64,000 nt of DNA from Eledone cirrhosa (Eukaryota), in assembly GCA_964016885.1 (NCBI GenBank), contig OZ024742.1, forward strand, positions 310,930,001-310,994,000, given 5' to 3'. Under the pieces are notes generated by a model. It ran no database searches. It had not been told where the DNA came from and saw only the letters and a program-made list of their open reading frames with translations. Shown here in pieces: positions 28,401-40,693 of the stretch. Position 1 is the first letter of the stretch. The number at the start of each line of letters is the position of its first letter. The position numbers and the translations under genes are program-made.

Positions 28401-28885
28401 GACACGATGTGATGGGCAGGGTGATCCACTGGCACCTGTGCAAAGTAAACAATCTACCACATTCTGAGAAATGGTATGAGCATAGGCCAGAGGCGGTGAT
28501 GGAGAACAGTCAGGTGAAGGTGCTGTGGGATTTTAGGATACAGACGGACAAAAAACTGGAACACAATAGACCTGACCTGGTGGTTGTGGACAAAGAAAAA
28601 AGATCGTGCCTGATTGTGGATGTGGCCTGCCCGTTCGACACGAGAGTGCAAGAGAAGGAGAGGGAGAAAATTAACCGATACCAGGACCTAAAGTGGGAGG
28701 TGAAAAGGATTTGGAACTGCCATGAAGTCAAAGTGATCCCGATTGTCATAGGCGCACTGGGGACTATCTCCAAAGGTTTCCAGGGATGGTTAAAGAAAAT
28801 CGGCCCCTTCACGCTTTTTGGAACGCTTCAAAAGGCATGCTTGCTTGGAACGGCAAGAACCCTCCGATACGTCCTGAATATCTGA
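25493..28885 (+). CDS. R4/Dong-clade non-LTR retrotransposon ORF (RT + CCHC + restriction-like endonuclease), 1130 aa, intact
   Basis: KSPGPDG, YRPITCL, QGDSLSPLLF, FMDDLKLF, YKYLG; CRICGEREETVAHIVSEC; RHD; RPDLVVVDK...VDVACPFD...EKINRY; short 3' UTR then (AAT)n, the known Dong target. Confidence 0.95.
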   Translation: METRTSCDRLSPNRCPLAQQQEPDCQPNTADVGGRRRRKGARTNWTKELNRTVMQCYLKSNPKERGYRRRMHNIWNEIGLFKLDEQKLAGQARVIRTNGWISELELEELSRENGLEMAGVVCQTSEPAGNEGEEVLRTEEPPEADNDLNTEINNTWNRDTATEEMNADGLGQDSVDILNLVVDELNNDSGRPMNLRFVDRKKLKETTAKVNKVIPYLEARSLHQCNNILKATANTVRKLLGIKARGNNRQERAEPWWKKRLSGQIGEMRNDIGKLESLLNGTLKNIGTKNRLEIKYKTRSKKLNIIIEELKQRIVAKSAKIRRYENRVSQYKQNRMLDNNQKMLFGQLEGKERGNDLIPGAEQAKTFWRGIWEQDVRHNAQAGWIETEQREIGEQAQQQTDLSITVETLKGQAKKLTNWKSPGPDGVQGYWIKHLTSLHPKLTAMFNDCLVSGEVPEWLTKGTTVLIMKDRIKGNDVTNYRPITCLPVMWKLLTSIVSEEIYRHLHTNNLLPDEQKGCRKKSRGTKDQLLIDKMVMGNCRRGHTDLAMGWIDYRKAFDMVPHSWITKSLEIFRVADNIRQLLGRSMGSWETELTSTGVSLGSVKIKRGIFQGDSLSPLLFVLALMPLTIMLRKVRAGYKLGRGELTINHLLFMDDLKLFGKSEKELDVLVDTVRIFSSDICMQFGIGKCGVIVMKRGRLSRSNGIQIPTGEMIKEIDSEEGYKYLGVLEADDIKNKKMKELLRTEYIRRVRSVLKSHLNSRNAISAVNSRAVSIIRYSAGILRWNVAEQKEMDRKTRKLLTIYNMFHKRSDVDRLYLRRSEGGRGLISIEDCVQMEKNNLYKYVTYSKEPMLRAVLKEGTVGQGIPKEEITSRRKSSLKGKSLHSTFFEKTEFRDPQTWNWLRRGDLKKATEGMLMAAQEQALITKWLKHHIYKEEASPLCRICGEREETVAHIVSECKHLAQTHYKGWRHDVMGRVIHWHLCKVNNLPHSEKWYEHRPEAVMENSQVKVLWDFRIQTDKKLEHNRPDLVVVDKEKRSCLIVDVACPFDTRVQEKEREKINRYQDLKWEVKRIWNCHEVKVIPIVIGALGTISKGFQGWLKKIGPFTLFGTLQKACLLGTARTLRYVLNI

Positions 28886-28971
28886 GGCTGCAGGTAGTGG
28901 CTTGATATTCAATCCAACGGACTTTCCAGTTAACCAACATCAATGACTGAGATTCAAGGAATAACAATAAC

Positions 28972-29002
<31 letters not shown>

Positions 29003-29004
<2 letters not shown>

Positions 29005-29531
29005 GTAAACAATCTATCACATTCTGAGAAATGGTATGAGCATAGGCCAGAGGCGGTGATGGAGAACAGTCAGGTGAAGGTGCTGTGGGATTTTAGGATA
29101 CAGACGGACAAAAAACTGGAACACAATAGACCTGACCTGGTGGTTGTGGACAAAGAAAAAAGATCGTGCCTGAATGTGGATGTGGCCTGCCCGTTCGACA
29201 CGAGAGTGCAAGAGAAGGAGAGGGAGAAAATTAACCGATACCAGGACCTAAAGTGGGAGGTGAAAAGGATTTGGAACTGCCATGAAGTCAAAGTGATCCC
29301 GATTGTCATAGGCGCACTGGGGACTATCTCCAAAGGTTTCCAGGGATGGTTAAAGAAAATCGGCCCCTTCACGCTTTTTGGAACGCTTCAAAAGGCATGC
29401 TTGCTTGGAACGGCAAGAACCCTCCGATACGTCCTGAATATCTGAGGCTGCAGGTAGTGGCTTGATATTCAATCCAACGGACTTTCCAGTTAACCAACAT
29501 CAATGACTGAGATTCAAGGAATAACAATAAC

Positions 29532-29564
<33 letters not shown>

Positions 29565-30091
29565 GTAAACAATCTATCACATTCTGAGAAATGGTATGAG
29601 CATAGGCCAGAGGCGGTGATGGAGAACAGTCAGGTGAAGGTGCTGTGGGATTTTAGGATACAGACGGACAAAAAACTGGAACACAATAGACCTGACCTGG
29701 TGGTTGTGGACAAAGAAAAAAGATCGTGCCTGAATGTGGATGTGGCCTGCCCGTTCGACACGAGAGTGCAAGAGAAGGAGAGGGAGAAAATTAACCGATA
29801 CCAGGACCTAAAGTGGGAGGTGAAAAGGATTTGGAACTGCCATGAAGTCAAAGTGATCCCGATTGTCATAGGCGCACTGGGGACTATCTCCAAAGGTTTC
29901 CAGGGATGGTTAAAGAAAATCGGCCCCTTCACGCTTTTTGGAACGCTTCAAAAGGCATGCTTGCTTGGAACAGCAAGAACCCTCCGATACGTCCTGAATA
30001 TCTGAGGCTGCAGGTAGTGGCTTGATATTCAATCCAACGGACTTTCCAGTTAACCAACATCAATGACTGAGATTCAAGGAATAACAATAAC

Positions 30092-30160
<69 letters not shown>

Positions 30161-30566
30161 CGTGTCTGATTGTGGATGTGGCCTGCCCTTTCGACACGAG
30201 AGTGCAAGAGAAGGAGAGGGAGAAAATTAACCGATACCAGGACCTAAAGTGGGAGGTGAAAAGGATTTGGAACTGCCATGAAGTCAAAGTGATCCCGATT
30301 GTCATAGGCGCACTGGGGACTATCTCCAAAAGTTTCCAGGGATGGTTAAAGAAAATCGGCCCCTTCACGCTTTTTGGAACGCTTCAAAAGGCATGCTTGC
30401 TGGGAACAGCAAGAACCCTCCGATACGTCCTGAATATCTGAGGCTGCAGGTAGTGGCTTGATATTCATTCCAACGGACTTTCCAGTTAACCAACATCAAT
30501 GACTGAGATTCAAGGAATAAAAACAACAATAATAATAATAATAATAATAATATTAATAATAATAAT
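29003..30566 (+). mobile_element. Three head-to-tail 5'-truncated Dong 3' ends, each ending in (AAT)n
   Basis: Units start at about 29003, 29563 (period 560) and 30161. Confidence 0.95.
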
Positions 30567-32245
30567 GTCCGTTTACAATTGTTTCGCTACTCCGTATAAT
30601 ATTTCTGGATCAGATGACTACGTATCATAATTGATCTGGTTCAGTTGAAAATAAATAACATATTTAAAAAAACAGAGTGGCTCATCGGAACTCAAAGGAA
30701 TATAAATTAAAATAATGTTACATAATATAATGTTCCATATATTAGTTTTTATTATGGTGCCTTGGTTGCATCAGCTGTCAGCCACAATCAAGCAGTACTC
30801 ATCTGTTGAGGCTGCATTGTGTGAGATCTGCCTATGGGTAACAAGATGGCTGCCAAAGGGCATATTTACCTTACTAATTAGAGGGTGGTTTCAGGGGAAG
30901 TAACTTCTCGAGAGATTAGAGATTGTGTGTATTTTATAGTTATGTGCTAGTATTTAAATTATTTAATTGAGAGACATTGTAGAGGAGGTAACTTATAATT
31001 ATCGAGTTGTTCATAGCAATTTAACTTATTAGCTCCAATTAGAGATGGGGCTACATGACTAAGTTGGGTCAAAAACTCTATTGGCGAAGGAATTAGCCCT
31101 TCGATGTTGACAGCTAATGGTTACCTCCGTTCTATCGTTAATTGGTAGAGGTCGTGATAGAGTTATGTAATATGCTTCCGTAACACAGAGATCACAAGAT
31201 TTCCTTCGTCCATTGAACGGTTGGGCCCTAGCTACGATATCCCATTTTAGTGAGTGTTGAACTTTGTTCAATTTAATGTTTTTAATGAGCCTAGCTAGCG
31301 ATGTTGAACATCTGTTGCTAGGGTCTCGGAAGGAAAAAGAGTGCGCGTTATAGCGTACCTTAAAAGGGTTAGAGGTAGACCCGATATAAGAGCTGGTATT
31401 CGAAGCAGTCTCAACTGTGCACCTATAGACTATGTTGGGTGTCAGGCAGTGTCCATTTAATGGGCATGCATTGGGGTACCGGCAGTTGCAGTTGCTTCTG
31501 CGATTAGTGAGAGTAGGGTTATTTAACCTAAGCAGTTGGTCCGTGCTAGAAGGATTAGATGGGGGAGGTGTGCTACTAGAGTAATTAATGGTGTAGTGGC
31601 GTGGTGTATTTGATAGGGGTGGTGGTACCGCGGTGTGGGAGTTATACTGTCTTAGCTTATGATGGTTACTGAATGCGATGTGGCTAGCTAGGTTGTGGAG
31701 AATGAGATTTTAATGTTGTTTTTATTAAAGAGTTTGTAATATCTATGGTTAGGGGGGAAGTGTTTGGATAGGATAGAGAAGAAGCGATTGGGGATATTAG
31801 TGGCTAGATTAGATGAGAATGGTGGGTTAAGCCAGGTGATATTTCTAGGTCTATTCCTTCTAGGGGTTCTAGTGGAGTTGGTAGGGGCCTTCCTAGGGTT
31901 ATTATTACCTGGGATTTGTTATTTGTCATCCCATTTCTCATTCCTATTCTAGGGTTGATTCTTAGTTTGCTACTAGGAGTGGGGAGCAAGCCGCTGCCAC
32001 CATTAAAGTTCCCTGTATAGGTGCTGTTACTGCTAAAATTCCGGCGAATCTGGCTATATGCTAAGGTATTTCTAGTTCTAGTGTTAAGTTTATTATGGTG
32101 AGTTGCTGTGTTATGGCATTTTGGTATGTAATAAATTGATTGTTTATAACCAGATTCAGAGATATTATAATAAGGCTCTCTCTGAATCTGGTTATAAACA
32201 ATCAATTTATTACATACCAAATGCCATAACACAGCAACTCACCAT
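30567..32245 (-). mobile_element. 5'-truncated Penelope-like element: post-RT region, GIY-YIG, HHR-bearing pLTR, 5' fold-back
   Basis: SESGYKQ; RNITWLNPPFS...KHFPPNH; CNCRYPNACPLNGHCLTPNIVYRCTV...YIGSTSNPFKVRYNAH...CDLCVTE; frameshifted. Confidence 0.9.
30571..30691 (-). ncRNA. Hammerhead motif in the pLTR of the above element (U4 to C change)
   Basis: gtt-CCGATGA-gccactctgt...acggagtagc-GAAA-CAATTG-TA-aac; stem II domain about 96 nt. Confidence 0.7.
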
Positions 32246-32596
32246 ATATATTCCTTGTAATCTATATATATTTGTTATTTCTCACTAATAAATTTACCCC
32301 CCCCCCCTAATAATAATAATTATTATTTTTTATTTTCCCTTCGTTTTTAACAGCACTCTTCAATTACATCTAACTCTTATTTATCATATCTATTTGCATT
32401 AATATAATTTTATCAATATAAATATACCTATCAATTTAATTAATTTATTTTCTTTTTATAGATGTAAATTCCCTATATTTTAAATAAGTTTTATATTTTT
32501 CACTAACACATTTATCGTAAAATTTTAGTCTCCTTAGATATTTACATTGGCATTATTCTTTTATAACAGCAATTTTCATGTACCTTTTACCGACCT

Positions 32597-33070
32597 GACC
32601 TATTTTCATCCCTAAAATAGTCTTTTCATTCATCATACTATTTCCATTCAAAACTGAAATCTGCCTTCTTCTACCCCTAAATTAAAGTTCTATTACTACT
32701 ATTTTACAATTTTAACCAGTTACTACCTTTCTATTGGTCAATTCAAAACCTGTTCCCAAACAGAGCTATTATATTAAATCTTTGTTGGTTTTTTTTTCAA
32801 TAAACAAATATAATTATTTCTGAAGACAGCATATGACCTATTTTCATCCCTAAAATAATCTTTCATTCATCATAATCTTTCCATCCAAAACTGAAATCTA
32901 CCTTCCTCTACCCCTAAATTAAAGTTCTATTACTACTATTTTACCATCTTGACCTTTCACTACCTTTCTATTGGTCAATTCAAAGCCTGTTCCCAAACAG
33001 ACCTATTATATTAAATCTTTGTTGGTTTTTTTCAATAAACAAATATCATTATTTCTGAAGACAGCATATA
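32597..33070 (+). repeat. About 240-bp tandem duplication leading into an HHR
   Basis: gacctattttcatccctaaaat...atttctgaagacagcatat twice; the first copy breaks off inside HHR stem II. Confidence 0.85.
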
Positions 33071-33183
33071 TATGTGTAGGTATGTATATTCCCTCTGATA
33101 GTTTGTAAAAATTTTACATAGATCTATATGATATACACACCAACACTAACATATATATCCTAGAAACGATCGTAAAATGATGA
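33046..33183 (+). ncRNA. Type I hammerhead, intact core, about 100-nt stem II
   Basis: tcattattt-CTGAAGA-cagcatatatatgt...acatatatatccta-GAAA-CGATCG-TA-aaatgatga; 9-bp stem I, palindromic stem III. Confidence 0.75.
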
Positions 33184-33480
33184 ATTTTTAATATAATGAA
33201 CTGTTTCTTTGTTTTTATTCATTATTTTTATTAATTTATCTTGACTCTGTTTTCCTGTATTTTTCATCGAAAAAAATGTTTGAATAATCTTCTCTTTTCA
33301 TGATATTCGGATTACATTGAGTTCTTCATACGTATTGGACACTACCGTACATTTTGGTAGATTTATCTACATATATATATGTATATATATATACTGTATA
33401 TGTATGTATTATATATATATATATATATATACTGTGAATGTATGTATTATATATATATATATATATACTGTATATGTATG

Positions 33481-33578
<98 letters not shown>

Positions 33579-33659
33579 TGTATATGTATATATATATATA
33601 TATATATATTTATTAAAATAACAGATTAAAGTTTAAGCAAAGAATCGCTGCTTTCACCC

Positions 33660-33708
<49 letters not shown>

Positions 33709-33723
33709 TGTATATGTATATAT

Positions 33724-34064
33724 ATGGTGGCTGCCAACTCGTTTTCGAGTACGGCCACTACTTTATATCCATGTAGGAGAACCCCTACCGATGCGCTGAA
33801 CGAGTGTGACTTTTTAGTCCAGCCAGCGACTTGAAAACTCTGGTACAAACACTACACTTGTGACAAACATTGACACATAGTGCTGGGCCCATGGTACCCT
33901 CTGACGACAAGTGCAGAGAGATCTCCAGATATAAAGCAATGCCTGTGCCGTGAAGCTTTTATAGTGAGCAAAGGCACTGCACAAAGCCACTGCAACCCTG
34001 ATGGTATCCAATGATGTTGACTTGTTCTTCTTTTTGGTAAATATCATCTTGGTTAAGAGAGTGG

Positions 34065-34066
<2 letters not shown>
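33724..34066 (-). mobile_element. RTE-derived element, 5'-truncated with 5' inversion
   Basis: Minus-strand 3' part 33724-33989, then plus-oriented upstream part about 33990-34066 (twin-priming-like). Confidence 0.8.
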
Positions 34067-34101
<35 letters not shown>

Positions 34102-34103
34102 TG

Positions 34104-34194
<91 letters not shown>

Positions 34195-34252
34195 TTATTT
34201 ATTTATTAAAATAACAGATTAAAGTTTAAGCAAAGAATCGCTGCTTTCACCC

Positions 34253-34305
<53 letters not shown>

Positions 34306-34321
34306 TGTATATGTATGTATG

Positions 34322-34379
<58 letters not shown>

Positions 34380-34387
34380 TGTATATG

Positions 34388-34422
<35 letters not shown>

Positions 34423-34565
34423 TGTATATGTATGTATTATATATATATATATATACTGTATATGTATGTATTATATATATACTGTATATGTATGTATTAT
34501 ATATATATATATATGTGTATATATATATATATATGTGTATATATATATGTATATATGTATATATG

Positions 34566-34660
<95 letters not shown>

Positions 34661-34662
<2 letters not shown>

Positions 34663-35200
34663 TTCGGTTTTTAATTTTTTAGCAAAATTTCTTATCTGAA
34701 AACATATGTTCAAACAGATATTGTTATACTTAGGGAGGGTCATGCTGCCAATAAAAATACACGCACCTGTTGGTTTTCACTTCAATTTATTATAAATTTC
34801 CGGTTGGTTCGTTCGATAACCGGATGGTTGTTTATATATTGTCAAAGCTCTTTTGTCACACATTCTGTGACCTCCTCGGTGACTAGGTTTTTATTTTGTG
34901 TCTCTCCTTTGTTCTGCCCGACAAGATGGTTGGTGTAGGGCAGAACAAAGGAGAGACACAAAATAAAAGCCTAGTCACTGAGGAGGTCACAGAATGTGTG
35001 ACAAAAGAGCTTTGACAATATATAAACAACGATCCGGTTATCGAACCAATCAACTGACCGGAAATGTATAATAAATTGAAGTGAAAACTAACAGGTGCGT
35101 GTATTTTTATTGGCATATGACCCTCCCAAAGTATAACAATATCTGTTTCAACACACGTTTTCAGATAAGAAATCTTGCAAAACAAATTCAAAAACGAAGT
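34661..35200. mobile_element. About 260-bp-arm palindrome of a pLTR-like element, HHR-like motif in each arm
   Basis: Arms 34661-34919 and 34938-35200, 18-nt loop; right arm gtca-CTGAGGA-g-gtcaca-gaatg-tgtgac-AAAA-gagc-TT-tgac (34974-35016). Confidence 0.75.
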
Positions 35201-35755
35201 ATATTTGTTATATACATTATAAGAAAATGTCATAGGTCTAAAATGCACTTGGTGTCTTTAAGCCAATTTACATTATTACATTCCCATAGCGGTTTTACAA
35301 ATTTCTGGGTTTTTTGGTTGTTGTTTTTTTTTTTGCTTTTTGCAATGGTTTTACAAGATAAATATAAGAAGCTGATCATTTTGAAGTTTGATAAAACTTA
35401 TCAAAATGTTTCATAACAGCCTAGTGCTACAGATTTTATAGAGTTGGGTGATGTGATTGTATAATTTTGATTTAACAAAGATATTGAGAATCATAAGAGT
35501 CTCCCACAATTGCAGTATGTATGAAGACAGATGTAGTTATATATTACAAATCATGTATTATGAGATAGAAAACAGGGAAAAGAGAATGTAAATAATTGTA
35601 TGTTGAAACATTATGGGGCAGTTGTCTTTGAGCAGAATAATTTATTTGGGGGAATTCGACAGCTTCATATGCTTTTGAATTTGACAGATTCCTGATTGAT
35701 GGCCTTTTAATAACCTGCGAAATACAGCACTATGATATACATATATACATAAATA

Positions 35756-35795
<40 letters not shown>

Positions 35796-36817
35796 TGGTG
35801 ACTTCCATTTTGCACCGGCTAAGCATGAGTAAGCAAGCTGTCATGTCTATTTCAAGCCGACAAATAATATCTTAAAATCTTAACAGACTTCGTTCGTTCT
35901 TGACTTCTAATATTTCCTCACGCCCAAAAACCTGACTCAGATTGACAAATTCACACTGAAACTATTGAGAATAAACTATTCGGGAATGGTTTTAAATCAC
36001 CATTTTTCGAATAAATATGCCCTTTTTTCAGCTTATATAACTTGAATAAAGTTTAATCGATTGGATTAGGTTCGTAAATAAATAGCTCTGTACAATATAC
36101 TTAGGATCACATTATCCTATCTGACTATTTCTTAACACAGTAAAGTGTGATTTGATTTTGGGAGATTTAACGTATATTTCTAGCCGATCAAATGGCTCCT
36201 TGTTTTAGCTAATACTTTACTGACTATCATTCCACTGTGCTTTGGCATGATAATAACGATAACACACTTTGATAAACGCAAAAACCAATTCCTAAAAGCT
36301 AAATAAAGAATACGGTTAATTTGACTAAGAAATTTTAACACAGAAATAGTTCTTTATGCGTCATTCATCCATAAAACCACTACAGATATCACCAATACTA
36401 TCATCATCAACAAACCATATTGCTAGGACCACTATCACATATCTACAACCACCAACAGTGTCAGTGTAACCCCTTGCTCCGTTCGCTTTCACTTATCTGG
36501 TCAATCTTGCCGCGTGTTTATTCTATCTTCTGAAAAGGCTGAGTGCATATCTGAGACAACTAATTCCTAAAATAATGTCTTTATCTCCTGCTTTGCAATG
36601 TTCAACTGAAGGAATATTAGAAAAAACAGTAATATCAGCAGCAGTGACACCGATTGCAATAGAGACAGCAACAACAGCAGTAACACCGACAACAACAGTA
36701 ATCCAGACAGCAGCAGATTTGTGGCATAAGCTGTTGTTACCAGAAATAGTACGTAGTATTACAACATTTTATCAACATGGACCTTTAATAAGACAAGAGA
36801 AGCAATTCATTGCTGTC

Positions 36818-37305
36818 AGTGTTGAAGGTGCTGTATAAATGAAGGGGAGTTTATTGTGTGTAGTATTGAAGCTGCTGTATAAATAATGCTAGGTTTATTG
36901 GACGCCAGTCCATCACAGAGTTAAACCTCCAGCTATTGCTGGTACTCATTTTCAGCTGAGTATACTGGAGCAACGGGAAATGAAGTGTTTTGCTCAAGAA
37001 CACAACACGCAAGCCAGGAATCGAACCCACGACATTATGATCGTAAGTCCAACACCCTTACCACCATGCCACGTGCCTCCACCTGTATAAATGATGAAGG
37101 GTTTATTGTGTACAGTGTTGAAAGTACTGTATAAATGGTGAGGGGTTTATTGTGTTGAAGGTGCTGTATGAATGATGAGGGGTTTATTGTGTGCAGTGCT
37201 GAAGGTTCTCTAATAAATGATGAGGGATTCATGGTGTGCATTGTTGAAGGTGCTGTATATGTAAGGAGTGATTTAATGGTGTGCTGTATTGAAGGCACTG
37301 TATGA
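36818..37305. repeat. About 40-bp minisatellite interrupted by a family B SINE (36901-37080, minus)
   Basis: gttgaaggtgctgtataaatgatgaggggtttattgtgt-like units on both sides of the SINE. Confidence 0.8.
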
Positions 37306-38148
37306 ATGCTGACTGATTTTTGGTGAGCAGTGCTGAGCCTTAAAGCATCCTCTGGACAAAACTCGTACAATAAACTGGTCATAACCGGCTAGGTATTGTT
37401 CACAAAAGAAATATCAAAATTTCATAGATTCGATATTATGTGAGATAAAGTGTTTTACCGTGAAAATATAATTGTAAATATAAAGTAATATAAATGGAAG
37501 AAATTCTACTTTAAAACTTTTGAAATTTCAGTTAACAACAAGACGGCGATGATGAATAGGAGGAGTTCATTGTTTTACAACCCTAGGCCAGCTTCGATAA
37601 AATTAGTTTCACCCGTGATTTTCCCTTGTCAAAGTAAACCCTTCACAATATCTGTTTTATATTTTGAGGGGCGGTTAGATTGATAGGTGAATAGGCCGAA
37701 AGCACATCAACAACAGCTTACGGGGGAAGATCCCTGACAGAAAAGATATTTTCTTGAGGGGCCACAGAGATTTGGCAGAAATATGGTTCTGATTGCAGCA
37801 AGTTGGTCAGGGTGCTTGAGTCAAAAAGTGACCAATGCTTCCTCAGTGGGATGAAGGACGGTATCATGCAAGACGAACACTCAAACTGCAGTTATATGGC
37901 TGAGTTTATGTAAAATAGTGACTCGTTTAATAAATGTGTAGAGAAAAAAATCGCAACTGTAGCATAAATACATGGAATTGCCGTGACCATTCCATATCAT
38001 TTCATGCAGTATTGTTTCTATAAGCCACTACTTGAATCCACAGAGGGAACTTTGAAATGGCAACCAAATACGTCCCTTAAACTATATCCTACACTTTTTT
38101 GAAAAAGGCAAAGGCACATTGGGTCATGTCTGGTCTTCTCCCATCTTC

Positions 38149-38179
<31 letters not shown>

Positions 38180-38409
38180 TGTATGTATGTATGTATGTAT
38201 GTATGTATATATGTATGTATGTATCTATGTATGTATGTATGTATGTATGTATGCGTGTGTGTTTGTAGACATGCACGTGAGTACATGCGTATATATATAT
38301 ATATATAGAAAAAATGAAATTTCATTTCTCACTCTTAGTACAGTCTGCATTCTCCTTTGTAATCCTTTCATATATATATATACATACTTATATATATATA
38401 TATATATAA

Positions 38410-38780
38410 ATGAAAGGATTACAAAGGAGAAGGGAGACTGTTAGAACATGTTTATACAAAAGCACCTACGTGCGTTTCGCCCGAAAAGGGCTTCTGAAGA
38501 GCATACAAATCTAGAGAGTGTTCAGTACAGAACCCAGAAGGGGATTTAAGATGACAATCACATCAAAGTTTATTTGGAAGACTCCAACATCAGCTTCTCC
38601 ACATACTGGGAAATTGTCAGTAGGGCAACACCGTACAACATCAAGAGGAAGTGCCAGCTCTGCCTCACGGAACTTTACCATATCGTAAGAGCACCCCCAG
38701 AGCAGAATATGTGATAAACTGCAGACACAGAATACAGCAGTCATTCTATGGTTGGACGCCGGTTGAGACCTGAACACCAT
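38410..38780. mobile_element. Penelope-like remnant: minus pLTR end with half HHR joined to plus-strand GIY-YIG C-terminus
   Basis: Minus gaa-gccc-ttttc-gggc-GAAA-CGCACG-TA; plus YWEIVSRATPYNIKRKCQLCLTELYHI, similar to 31059-31271. Confidence 0.7.
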
Positions 38781-39217
38781 AAACTGGGTCCCTCTGCACC
38801 AAACCATAACGCGCCGGCGGGCAGGTTGCATAACTAAACATCTGTACACCAACTATGCCTCTCAGATCCGGCCTGACTAGGCAGCAGCAAAGTGGCGCCC
38901 ATAAAATAGTAGTGGAAAACAATCATCATGTGAACGGATGATATGGAACCAACCAACAAACATCTCTCTTTTATATCTCTTTTATTTGTTCATTCAAAAT
39001 ATTTTTCAGCTAATTCTGTCGTACAATATACATCAGCAATCGTTATCTAATGTTTAAAACATATGAATAACTGCGATATATGCACCATATCAATCAAAAG
39101 CGATATGCGAATTGAATACCATACTAAAGCGCCAGTAAGCTTGCTAAGAACCTGCAGATAGAAATGTTAATAAATACAACATTTGGCTGTTCTTTCATTG
39201 TAGGTTTCTTTTCTCGG

Positions 39218-39885
39218 TACTTTAAAGAAAATTGATAGTTACAATAATAAAAGTTGAACAGAGAACAAGTTTTTTAACAAACTTGACAATAATTTGTACA
39301 ACCATAATGGAAATTCCAAGTAACAGAAAATACATAAATTACATTGTTAGAGCCTCAGAGTATACAATATTTTTTGTTCGGCCCTCGGGAGCAAAGATAA
39401 AGAGATTGTTTGGCGAGCTCACTCTAGAGCATCCTACATACACTTGACCATGGTTTTCCCAGATGAAGGCCAGCCACTTTTAGGGTTTGACTCTGAGCTT
39501 TGTTGATGGTAATCGCGAAGCTTAGTCTCTCTGTTGCTCTAGTATCATTTTTTCTTCTGGAAATCTGATCTTGCGGCCAGGCTAGGATTTTTTGTGTGTA
39601 TCTCGGCAGTACCAATGACGATAAGCCGTCTGTGCTTTCGTGAAATAAATACGTTTGTTTATATTTTGTTCTTGTGTATGCAAAAATATCTGTACACGAA
39701 AATATAATTATATATATATATTAAAATAACAGATTAAATTTTAAGCAAAGAATCGCTGCTTTCACCCTGAACGGGATCTTCTGAAACTAAAAATTTCAAT
39801 CTGTGAACGCAGAATTAAATATTTCGAAAAACGTTGCAACCGAAGGAAGACAGGAAGACGATACTTTGGTTCGTGGAAACGTTCC
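39218..39885 (-). mobile_element. Partial copy of the composite Helitron at 10650-11899
   Basis: Same helicase remnant, same ttcgtgtacagat module, TA spacer and cagaagatcccg module; a 140-bp tandem pair follows at 39868-40150. Confidence 0.8.
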
Positions 39886-40693
39886 CTGGCAAAGAACGGA
39901 AAAAAACGAAGAGAATACGTCATTATTTGGAGCGGTGAAAACAATTACACGCAAAGTCAAAACGACGTTTATGGTATAAATGAAGTCGTAGACTAATATT
40001 CTATTAGGTGGTTCGTGGAGACGTTCTCTGGCAATGAACGGAAAAAACGAAGATAATACGTCATTATGTGGACCATTGAGAACAATTACACGCAAAGACA
40101 AACCCACGTTTATGGTATAACTGAAGTCGTAGACTAAAATTCTATTTAGGAAACCGAATGATTCTCGGCTCCAGAGTTAAGAATAATGTAAATAAATTAC
40201 AGAGGGAATTGAAATCAACAAAAATTAAATATATACATGCACGCATCCAAATATGTACATACACATGCATACGCGAAAACACACGCCATGGGTATGCAAA
40301 TACAAGCACGTACACAAAAAAAAAGGTGCGTGTAATGCAGCTTAAAAAATACATGGCATCAATATAACAGTTATAAATTTTTTTTTTTTTAAACTACTGG
40401 AGAAAGAGGAGGGAAAGGAAAGCATAGAGGAAGAAAGAGCTGATGTGATAATATATTTAGTAGGTGGCTTGAAAAAAAGTAGTTTAAAATAAAAAACATT
40501 AAAAAAATTGATAACTGTTATATTGATGCCATGTACTTTTTAAGCTTTATTACACGCACCCTCTCTATTGTTTGTATTATGTTATCTCATGTTCTCAATA
40601 TTAGGGTATAAATATTGAGTTTTGTCATAAGTTAATCACTACCATGACTGAATCTTAACCATCTACTATGTCAGGGTATGTCATGCATCTTCT

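Noticed and set aside
29003-30566. Tandem units as a CRISPR-like array or independent nuclease genes
   Set aside because: Units are 5'-truncated copies of the adjacent LINE; there are no unique spacers.
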